DNA of 64,000 nucleotides from Dehalococcoidia bacterium (GTDB lineage Bacteria; Chloroflexota; Dehalococcoidia; Bin125): NCBI GenBank assembly GCA_963663895.2, contig CAXXRD010000002.1, positions 544,001 to 608,000 of the forward strand, read 5' to 3'. Shown piece by piece: positions 39,223 to 47,266 of this stretch (position 1 is its first letter; each line of letters starts with the position of its first letter). The notes under the pieces were generated by a model. It saw only the letters and a program-made list of their open reading frames with translations, ran no database searches and was not told where the DNA came from. The position numbers and the translations under genes were made by a program.

Positions 39223-40569
39223 ATGCGGGAGACGATTCGCAGCACCGCCTGGGAAGTGGCTGCGCGCGTCGACGCGGCGGACTTCAGCGGCGCCCAGCAG
39301 TACCTGCTGGCGCTGCATCCCGCCGATCAAGCCGACGTGCTCGGCGAGGTCGACGACGAGGCGCGCGAGGCCCTGATCGCGGGCTTCAGCCCGGAGCAAT
39401 TGGCGGGGCTGCTGGAGCACTTGACGGCCCAGGAGCGAACCGCCGTCGCCCGCCTGATCGCGGTCGACGCGCTGGCGGCGGCGCTCGACGCATCGCCGCC
39501 GGAAACCGCCGCCGACGTGCTCCACAATCTGGCGCCGGAGGAGGCGTTCGCCGTCCTCAGCTCGATGCACGAGACGGCGGCGGTGGAGCCGTTGCTGGCG
39601 CACGCGGACGAGAGCGCCGGCGGCATCATGACGCCGAACGTGGTGGCGCTGCGGCCGGAGATGACGGCGGCCGGAGCGATCGACTACATGCGCACGACGC
39701 AGCTCCCCGAAGGGGACGCCTACTACCTCTACGTGGTCGATGAAGCCTCCCGGCTGCTGGGAGTGTTGAACCTGCGCCAGCTCCTGACGGCGGCGCCCGA
39801 CCGCCCGCTCCACGAGCTGATGGACATCAACGTCATCACGACCACGCCCGAGACCGACCAGGAGGAAGTGCTGCGCACGCTGCAACACTACGGGCTGCGG
39901 GCGGTCCCGGTCGTCGACGGGAGCGGCCACCTCGTCGGCGTGACGACGGCGGACGAACTGCTCGACGTGGCGCAGCAGGAAGCCACCGAGGACATGTTCC
40001 GCATGGTGGGGCTGGACGAGGAAGAGCCCTTCATGGGCCCGGTGGTCCCCTCCGTGCGGCGGCGGCTGCCCTGGCTGACGCTCAACATCATCACCGTCTT
40101 CATTGCTGCCGCCACGATCTCGGTGTTCGAGGACACTCTGGAGCGGGCGGCGGCGCTGGCGATCTTCCTGCCGGTCGTGGCCGGACTGGGGGGAAACGCC
40201 GGCACGCAGACGCTCACGCTCGTGGTGCGCGCCATGGCGCTGGGCGAATACGACCGCCGGCAATGGCGGGAGGTGCTCCCGCGTGAGATCGCGATCGCCG
40301 TCCTGAACGGGGCCGCGCTCGGCCTGCTCGTGGCCGTGCTGGCGGGTGTGTGGCAAGACAACCTCTACCTCGGCATCGTGATCGGCGTGGCGATGCTGGG
40401 GAATCTGCTGATCGCCGGCATCGCGGGCGTCCTGGTACCGACCAGCCTGCGCCTCCTCCGCTCCGACCCAGCGCTGGGCAGCAGCATCGTCGTCACAGCC
40501 GTGACGGACATCATGGGCTTCTTCTTCTTCTTGGGTATGGCGGCGCTCCTGATCAGCCAGATCGACTGA
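39223..40569 (+). CDS. mgtE: Magnesium transporter MgtE
   Basis: HPADQA, SAGGIMT, CBS pair, EATED, RRLPWL, GGNAGTQ, DPALGS..VTAVTD. Confidence 0.93.
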   Translation: MRETIRSTAWEVAARVDAADFSGAQQYLLALHPADQADVLGEVDDEAREALIAGFSPEQLAGLLEHLTAQERTAVARLIAVDALAAALDASPPETAADVLHNLAPEEAFAVLSSMHETAAVEPLLAHADESAGGIMTPNVVALRPEMTAAGAIDYMRTTQLPEGDAYYLYVVDEASRLLGVLNLRQLLTAAPDRPLHELMDINVITTTPETDQEEVLRTLQHYGLRAVPVVDGSGHLVGVTTADELLDVAQQEATEDMFRMVGLDEEEPFMGPVVPSVRRRLPWLTLNIITVFIAAATISVFEDTLERAAALAIFLPVVAGLGGNAGTQTLTLVVRAMALGEYDRRQWREVLPREIAIAVLNGAALGLLVAVLAGVWQDNLYLGIVIGVAMLGNLLIAGIAGVLVPTSLRLLRSDPALGSSIVVTAVTDIMGFFFFLGMAALLISQID

Positions 40570-40591
40570 CCAGCAACCTCCAACCAAGCGC

Positions 40592-41155
40592 CTAGGGACT
40601 GGCGCCGGTCGGTGCGGGGCGAGCGTCCTCTTCGCCGGGAGCGCCGAGCGCCTCGCGGGCGATCAGGACGACCACGGCCTGATCGCCCTCTTGCGCGATC
40701 CGCAACTCGCCCTCAAAGGCCGGGTAATCCACGTCGGTGAAGCGAATGAAGTCGATGCCGATGACGCGCGGGTCGGAGGCGATGGCCCAGGGCTCGGTGT
40801 CCAGCGCCTCGCGATAGAAGTCGTAGAGATCGTCCGCGCTCCGGTCGGACTCCCAGCCCACAATCAACTCGCGGGTGGTCTCCGTATCCGTAAATCCAGA
40901 GCCGAGGAGCACGAGCCCGTCGGGCAAGGGAAAGTCGGGCGGGAGAGTATCGACGAAGCCCTGGATGCGCACATCGGCGGCAGCCGTGTCGTCGACCTGG
41001 ACCAAGTAGTTGCGAAAGAATCGTTGGGCGGCCAGGCGCTCCTCGTCGTCGGAACGGTCGCAAGCGACCAGCAGCACGATCGCGACGAGCCCCAGGAACA
41101 GAAGCCCCCACCCGAGCACGCGCCGCGCTAGCCGAAGTCCCTCCCTAGGGAACAC
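40592..41155 (-). CDS. Hypothetical lipoprotein downstream of the peptide array
   Basis: Signal peptide with LLVAC lipobox; LPPDFPLP motif; acidic; starts 9 bp after the last peptide stop. Confidence 0.75.
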   Translation of the reverse strand: MFPREGLRLARRVLGWGLLFLGLVAIVLLVACDRSDDEERLAAQRFFRNYLVQVDDTAAADVRIQGFVDTLPPDFPLPDGLVLLGSGFTDTETTRELIVGWESDRSADDLYDFYREALDTEPWAIASDPRVIGIDFIRFTDVDYPAFEGELRIAQEGDQAVVVLIAREALGAPGEEDARPAPTGASP

Positions 41156-41164
41156 GGGTTACCT

Positions 41165-41233
41165 TCAGCGGCCCGGCAATCGGTCGATTAAACGGCGCAC
41201 CCAACGAATCACACCCTCAAGTGCAAGCGGCAT
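41165..41233 (-). CDS. Small amphipathic peptide D, MPLALEGVIRWVRRLIDRLPGR (22 aa)
   Basis: GGAG-ATCGCG-ATG RBS/start; paralog of the three upstream peptides. Confidence 0.7.
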   Translation of the reverse strand: MPLALEGVIRWVRRLIDRLPGR

Positions 41234-41304
41234 CGCGATCTCCAGTCACGCTTTGACCGTCAGCGGCGCTCCTTAGTAAAGCCGGTTAGGTCGAGGGGTT
41301 GGCC

Positions 41305-41382
41305 TTAGCGGCCCAGCACGCGATTGACCACGCTCCCGATCATGCCACGCATGCGGCGGAACATGTCTTTACAACAGGGCAT
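41305..41382 (-). CDS. Small amphipathic peptide C, MPCCKDMFRRMRGMIGSVVNRVLGR (25 aa)
   Basis: GGGGAG RBS; shares the MP start, RGMI and RVLGR-stop. Confidence 0.65.
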   Translation of the reverse strand: MPCCKDMFRRMRGMIGSVVNRVLGR

Positions 41383-41453
41383 CACATTCTCCCCTCATCT
41401 TCCGATCGTCGACGGCCACTCCCCGGTGGAGCGGGCAAGAGCGAACGACCCCT

Positions 41454-41516
41454 TTAGCGGCCCAGCACCCGATCGATCATACCGCGCACCCAGCGAATCA
41501 AACCCTCAAATGGCAT
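41454..41516 (-). CDS. Small amphipathic peptide B, MPFEGLIRWVRGMIDRVLGR (20 aa)
   Basis: GGAG RBS; differs from peptide A by 3 synonymous changes and 1 conservative change. Confidence 0.75.
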   Translation of the reverse strand: MPFEGLIRWVRGMIDRVLGR

Positions 41517-41595
41517 CGCGATCTCCAATCGCCTTCCAACATCACCGATCGCCAGCGGCGCTCCCCGGTGGAGCGAGCGGGATCGAACGACTCCT

Positions 41596-41658
41596 TTAGC
41601 GGCCCAGCAAGCGATCAATCATACCGCGCACCCAGCGAATCAAACCCTCAAACGGCAT
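41596..41658 (-). CDS. Small amphipathic peptide A, MPFEGLIRWVRGMIDRLLGR (20 aa)
   Basis: GGAG RBS; starts 65 bp downstream of the tRNA-His CCA. Confidence 0.75.
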   Translation of the reverse strand: MPFEGLIRWVRGMIDRLLGR

Positions 41659-41722
41659 CGCGATCTCCAATCACCTTACAGTCACGTTCCGATCACTGAC
41701 GGCGCTCTCCAACGGATCGGGT

Positions 41723-41800
41723 TGGGGTGGACGGTGGGATTCGAACCCACGAATACCAGGGCCACAACCTGGCGCCTTAGGCCTCTAGGCGACGCCCACC
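41723..41800 (-). tRNA. tRNA-His(GTG)
   Basis: G-1 plus GTGGGCG acceptor, CCAGG-TTGTGGC-CCTGG anticodon arm, GTTCGAATC, C73-CCA. Confidence 0.95.
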
Positions 41801-41829
41801 GCGGTCGACCGCCGCGCAGCGGCGCGTCA

Positions 41830-41858
41830 AGGCTAGGGATGGCCTCGCGGCCGGTCAA
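41830..41858 (-). promoter_or_regulatory. Sigma70-type promoter of tRNA-His
   Basis: TTGACC-17 bp-TAGCCT on the minus strand. Confidence 0.55.
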
Positions 41859-41975
41859 TCGAGCAGCGCGCTTAAAGGATCGGAATTATCGTCCGAACGC
41901 GGCAGTGGAGCCACCACCGAAAGACCAATACGGTCCAAGGACGGGCTGCTGCTGCCATTCGTCTAGTATCCACAC

Positions 41976-43930
41976 ATGACTCAACACTCCAAGCGCTCCA
42001 GAACCGAAGTCGCCGGTCAACTGCTAAGAGTTGCGCGACTCGATACGCTTCGTGGGTTAGTCCGAACGAACCGAGAATGGGTGAAGATCGTCCCGGGCTT
42101 TCGACCGCAGACGCTTACACGTGACATCCTCATCACGAGAACGAATCACCTTGCGAGAGAGCCACAGCTGCTAGAGCAGCTTGCCGGCTCAATCCTCAAT
42201 GACTTAGGTCTCCAAGGCGGCTCTCTGGCGGATCGTCTCGTGGAAGCCCTCTCTCGACCAGACCTCTCATCCGATGCTCGAGAAGTATTCACCACTCTGC
42301 ACGAGCATTCCCTTTGGGACTTGCCGCTAGGAAAAGAGAAGGCCGCGCAATTCGCTCCAAGCCACAGCGGCACGCAAGTCCACGAGCCCAAGTCCAAAAT
42401 CAAGGATGCTGAGAAGGACACTAAAGCCGATCGTGAGTCCAAATCAGAGAGTGCTGTAGCACCCGATGAAAGCCAATCTTTGGACTCGGATTATCCGCCG
42501 CCGGAGAGCACCTTTTCGAGTGTCTTCAAATGGGAGCCTTCGAACGATCACATCTCCCCTCTTCAAGACGCTGTCACTGAGTTCGAGCGATCGCTGAAGG
42601 AATTCACGAAGTGGGCGCTTAAACAAGCGTACGGCGATAGATGGCTTCGGCAAGGCTGTGGTGCCATCGGCAAAGAATGGCGTCGAAGAGCGTCTGAAAG
42701 CGGACGTAGTGTTGAGCCAGAGGGTCTAACCAGTGAAGCATACCTCGGAGAGCTACGGAACATCATTCGCAAGACCGAAAATCGCCAAGCGTTCGATCAC
42801 TTCTTCGAAAATATCGACGAGTTCTCTACCGACATGGGTAGTGTGATCAAACTCAGAAATACAGTGATGCATCCAGGAGATACAGATGTCGAAGTACTCC
42901 AGCAAACTGCGGGGCTCGCCGCGATGCAACGGGTCGCCAAGTGCTATAGCGAAGGTCTCGGAAAATTCATCGGCCAAGTGTTTGACGACTTCACTAACGG
43001 GACAGAGGTGGAGCAGGAACCAGCGGAGGAGACCGTCCGTGATCGCGTGCTCACGAATCTCACAGATTTCAGCGCGACTCAGCTAGTTGGAAGAGACGAT
43101 GAGCTTAGTAAGCTGCGCGAAAGCTTCTGGGAAAACCGATTCAAACGTTCAATCTCGATCGTAGGGCCTGGTGGGGTTGGGAAGACAGCTCTCCTTGATG
43201 CATTCCTGGAGAGTCTTCTTCGGATCCCGGTGCAGGAAGAAGAACCACTCAATCCGAGCATACTCGTCTACCTGACGGCAAAGGAAGAGTACCTTGATGG
43301 CATGGACCGCACACAGCCTCGAGTCCACTTCAACACCCTGCGAACTGTTCTTGAAACTGTTGTTCAGCTGCTCGAAGGCGACACCGATGAGTCAATTGAG
43401 ACCGATGCGCTCACTACCCAAGTCTATGAGCTGTGCGAAGGGGAACCCATTCTCTTCGCTCTCGACAACCTCGAGACGCTCGATGATGATGAATTCTCCG
43501 CCCTTGGCTCGTTTCTTTCGAACTTGCCCGCTAGCAACAAGGCAGTCGTTACGACGCGTGATGACCGGATCATCGGGGACAGGCTGACCCTTAGCCGTCT
43601 CCCCGTCTCAGCTGGCGTTGAGCTACTCCGGACAAGACTTCGTGGACATGACTACGAACTCGAAGAGCATGCTTTATCTTCAGCGAAGGCCCTCGTAGAT
43701 GCTGCAGACGGGATCCCGCTAGCAATCGTCCTGAGTGCTAACAACATCGCGAACGGCTTATCGATCGATGAAGCAGTAGAGAGATTACAAGGGACTCAAG
43801 GCATCGAATTTCAGGAGTTCTCATTTGGCTCGTCATGGAACACCCTTACCGATACTGAACGAGCGCTCCTCTATTTCCTCGCAGTTTCAAAGAAGCCTCG
43901 ACGAAGGCGTGAACTCGAACCATTTTGCAA
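41976..43930 (+). pseudogene. 5' part of an NLR-like STAND ATPase gene (Swt1-like HEPN + NB-ARC), interrupted by an IS
   Basis: YGDRWL..YLGELRNII..LRNTVMH (RxxxxH); GPGGVGKT Walker A, ALDNLE Walker B, VVTTR, GIPLAI; lower GC. Confidence 0.8.
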
Positions 43931-43950
43931 GGTAACGATAAGTTAGGGGC

Positions 43951-43979
43951 TTGACAATGGGATCGGGGATTGGGATAAT
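43951..43979 (+). promoter_or_regulatory. Inward promoter of the IS
   Basis: TTGACA-17 bp-GATAAT with TGn extension; the -35 overlaps the left IR. Confidence 0.65.
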
Positions 43980-43999
43980 GGCTGCGAAGGGTAGCAGTC

Positions 44000-44894
44000 A
44001 TGAACCTCATCCAGATTTTCCAGCGATTCCCGAATCAGGAAGCGGCGATCGCCCACTTGGAGCGCGTGCGCTGGCAAGGGGAACCGGAATGCCCGCACTG
44101 CTCCAGCTCCCGCGTTGCGCCGAAGGCAGACGGGGAACGCGTGGGTCGTTGGAACTGCTACGGCTGCCAATCAAGCTTCAACGTCCTCTCCGGGACGATC
44201 TTCGAGAAAACGAAGGTACCACTGCAGAAGTGGTTCCTCGCGATCGGGTTGATGATCAACGCCAAGAAGAGCCTCAGTAGCTGGCAACTGGCGCGGGATT
44301 GCGACCTCACGCAGCCGACCGCGCTGTTCGTGCAACAGCGCATCCGTTCCCAGATGGCGTCGGAGCAAGGCTCCGAGATGCTGCAAGGCATCATTGAAGC
44401 CGACGAGACGTACGTCGGGCCGAAGCCGCGCCGCCGTGGGGGACCACGCGGGGGGGGGGGGGGGTGGAGGACGGCTCCGGGGACGCGCCGCTAGCCGGAA
44501 AACTCCCGTTATCGGAGCCGTCGAACGCGGCGGCAAGGTAATCGCCAAGCGGGCGACGGATCTGAGCGGGCGCGGCGTTCTCCACTTCATTCGTGAGAAC
44601 GTCAACCCGCGCGGCTCGATTCTCGTGACTGACGAGTTCCGGTCCTACCAGACAGTCCGGCGCACCATCGACCACGCCGCGATCAATCACTCGCAAGGGC
44701 AGTACGTCGATGGCTTCGTGCACACGACCACGATCGAGGGATTCTGGGCGCTGCTCAAACGGGCATGGTACGGGACGCATCACCACTACCAAGAGCGCTT
44801 CCTGCCGCTGTACGTCGCTGAGGCCGCGTGGAAATACAATCACCGCCGCGATAACGACGGCTTCGGGAGCTTCCTCCAGGGCTGCTTCGCGTGA
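44000..44894 (+). CDS. IS1595 (ISXO2-like) DDE transposase, frameshifted in a G15 run (44450-44464)
   Basis: CPHC..CYGC zinc ribbon, GTIFEKTK, IEADETYVG, KTPVIGAVERGG, VTDE, INHS, IEGFWALLKR; two frames join at the poly-G. Confidence 0.88.
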
Positions 44895-46378
44895 ATCGCC
44901 TCTACTACGGCGACTGCCTGGAGGTGATGCTGGACCAGATGAAGCAGGCCAGCGTCGACCTGATCTACCTCGATCCGCCCTTCAACTCCAACCGCCAATA
45001 CAACGCGATCTACAAAGACGAGACGGGCCGTCCGCTGCCCGACCAGATCGACGCCTTCTGCGATATGTGGACGCTGGATCGGGAGACGGACGAGCAGATA
45101 CGGAAAATGCCGATCCTCCTGGCCGACGCGGGCGTGGACAGTCACGTCGCCGAGTTCTGGAAGGTCTGGGCCAACGCGCTCCGGCGCACCAATCCCTCCC
45201 TCCTCGCCTACCTCTCGTACATGGTGCAGCGGCTCGCCTTCATGAAGGGGATTCTGAAGCCGACCGGGAGCCTCTACCTCCACTGCGACCCCACGGCCAG
45301 CCACTACATCAAAGTGATGATGGACGGGATTTTCGGACACAAGAACTTTCGGAGCGAGATCGTGTGGCAGCGCCACAGAGGATTCAAGCGGCGCACGGCA
45401 AAGCAGTTTCCCCAGAAGAACGACACGATCCTGTTCTACGCACAGTCGGCTGATAGCGTCCGGTTCCATGCGCAGTATCGTCCGCACAAGCCTGACTACA
45501 TCCGGCGCTTCAAAAAGGATGAGGCTGGGCGCTTGTACCGAGATGATGTGAACCCGACTCGCGGCGGGCGCCGCGTCATTTATCTCGATGAAACGAAGGG
45601 GGATATCGTCGATTCCGTCTGGACGGACATTCCCCCGGTGAATCCTCGCGCCAAGGAACGCATGGGATATGCGACACAAAAGCCCCTTGCGCTTCTAGAG
45701 CGCATCATTAAGGCATCCTCCGACCCTGGGGATGTGGTCTTCGATCCATTCTGCGGCTGCGCGACCACATTAGAGGCCGCGCACAGACTTGACCGACAGT
45801 GGATCGGGATCGACATCGCGATCCACGCGATCAAGCGGGTTGCCCGCGTCCGGTTGGAAGAGCGGCTAGGGTTGGTCGAGGGGCAGGACTTCACGATCGA
45901 AGGCGTCCCGCGCGATCTCGAAGGCGCACGTGACCTGCATCAGCGCGACCCCTACCACTTCCAGAAGTGGGCCGTGGAGCAAGTGGACGGGTTCGTGACC
46001 ACGCGCCGATCCGCCGACGGCGGGATTGACGGGCGGCTCTACTTTGCCATGCCGGACGAGCGCGATCTGCAAAGCATGGCGATCGAGGTCAAGGGCGGCA
46101 GGCACGTTAACATCAACGTCGTGCGCGAGTTACGCGGCGTCTTGGAGCGCGACGAAGCGAAGCTGGCGGGGTTGATCGTGCTAGAGCCGCTGAGTCAGCG
46201 CAAGGCGCAGAACTTCGGGCGCGAGATGGGGGAGGCGGGATTTCTCGAAGTGGAGGGCCGCGTGTTTCCACGGCTCCAACTCCTCACTGTCACCGATATT
46301 CTCGACGGCAAGCGGTTCGATACGCCGTGGGCCGTCGGGCGGCATGAGCCGGAACCCCACTTGCCCGGTATCTCCTAA
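44891..46378 (+). CDS. DNA methyltransferase (DPPF, N6/N4 family) fused to an Mrr-like endonuclease domain
   Basis: LYYGDCL, YLDPPFNS, GYATQKP, DPFCGCATT; C-terminal ADGGIDG..IEVKGG. Confidence 0.85.
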   Translation: MNRLYYGDCLEVMLDQMKQASVDLIYLDPPFNSNRQYNAIYKDETGRPLPDQIDAFCDMWTLDRETDEQIRKMPILLADAGVDSHVAEFWKVWANALRRTNPSLLAYLSYMVQRLAFMKGILKPTGSLYLHCDPTASHYIKVMMDGIFGHKNFRSEIVWQRHRGFKRRTAKQFPQKNDTILFYAQSADSVRFHAQYRPHKPDYIRRFKKDEAGRLYRDDVNPTRGGRRVIYLDETKGDIVDSVWTDIPPVNPRAKERMGYATQKPLALLERIIKASSDPGDVVFDPFCGCATTLEAAHRLDRQWIGIDIAIHAIKRVARVRLEERLGLVEGQDFTIEGVPRDLEGARDLHQRDPYHFQKWAVEQVDGFVTTRRSADGGIDGRLYFAMPDERDLQSMAIEVKGGRHVNINVVRELRGVLERDEAKLAGLIVLEPLSQRKAQNFGREMGEAGFLEVEGRVFPRLQLLTVTDILDGKRFDTPWAVGRHEPEPHLPGIS

Positions 46379-46407
46379 GCCCCTAACTTATCGTTACCAT
46401 TTTGCAA

Positions 46408-47152
46408 GGATGATGATGATCTCTCTCGAGCGCTGACTCGACTCCGTACACAGGTTTTCTTCGTGAGGCCAGGGCCAGGTGTTCGTGCGCCGACCTTTAC
46501 TATCGCCATTCGAGTCCTACGCGATTACGTGCGCCAAAGAGGTCCCGAGACTCTCCCCGCAAACCTCGTCACACAGATCCAAGCGAAAGCGCAAATTGAG
46601 CCATTCGAAGCAGAATCTCCAAGCGTGGCTAGGTCTCTAGAGCAAACGCTCCGAAGTTGCGATGACACCGTCAAGCAGCACGGTTATCGAGCAGGTGTCG
46701 ATGCCCTTAACAAAGCGGTGGAGAATTGGGGAAGGGACCGACGTATCCTCGCCCACCGCGGGTACCTAAAGTACCGCCTCAGAGATAATGTTGGTGCCAA
46801 GAAAGATTTACGGGCCGCGATCGATGCGGGACACGAGAACGCTGACGTGTATCTGCACCTAGGTCTCGTCCATTACTACTCGCATGAAGACCTGTTTGCT
46901 GAGAACTGTGCACGTCGGGCGTTGAGTATCCGGCCAGGGTTCGAGAAGGCTGAGCGCCTCCTCGGAGATTGCTTGCTCACGAAGGCTAAGCGGGAACTCT
47001 TCACTCTTACGGAGCCTCAGCGTAAACAGATGCTGCAGGAAGCTGAAGAACACCTCAGAAACGCTCTGTACCGAGACGAAGCCACACAGGGACAGCGAAA
47101 GCACAACGAGGCTATCCACGCTCGCCTGGCGAATCTGAAGGATTCACTATGA
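46408..47152 (+). pseudogene. 3' part (wHTH/TPR) of the interrupted STAND gene
   Basis: Removing the IS and one TSD restores ...ELEPFCKDDDDLSRALTRL..., in frame with TPR-like AHRGYLKY / VYLHLGLVHY / AERLLGDCL. Confidence 0.82.
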
Positions 47153-47266
47153 AAACTGTGAGTGAACGCGGCAGATACTGCGTTGTGGGCTGGTTGGGAC
47201 AGGATCTCGCGGTGCTGGCACGAAGAAAGCTAAGCCACCCATGATTCGGAGGGCTCTCCCGCCGCC

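Larger units (their letters stand above)
43931..46398 (+). mobile_element. IS1595-family element with passenger gene (2468 bp)
   Basis: Perfect 22-bp IRs GGTAACGATAAGTTAGGGGCTT (43931-43952 / 46377-46398); ATTTTGCAA target duplication (43922-43930 / 46399-46407). Confidence 0.92.

Noticed and set aside
41324-41599. 91-aa plus-strand ORF over the repeat array
   Set aside because: Antisense to the RBS-led peptide ORFs; TTG start, no RBS, not repeated coherently between units
41165-41720. Repeat array as a CRISPR array
   Set aside because: The period is ~140-150 bp with long degenerate units, there are no short identical repeats with unique spacers, and no cas genes; the units encode ORFs
41800-47260. 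Integrase-mediated genomic island at tRNA-His
   Set aside because: The low-GC gene lies on the 5' side of the tRNA; no integrase or duplicated tRNA-His 3' end was found
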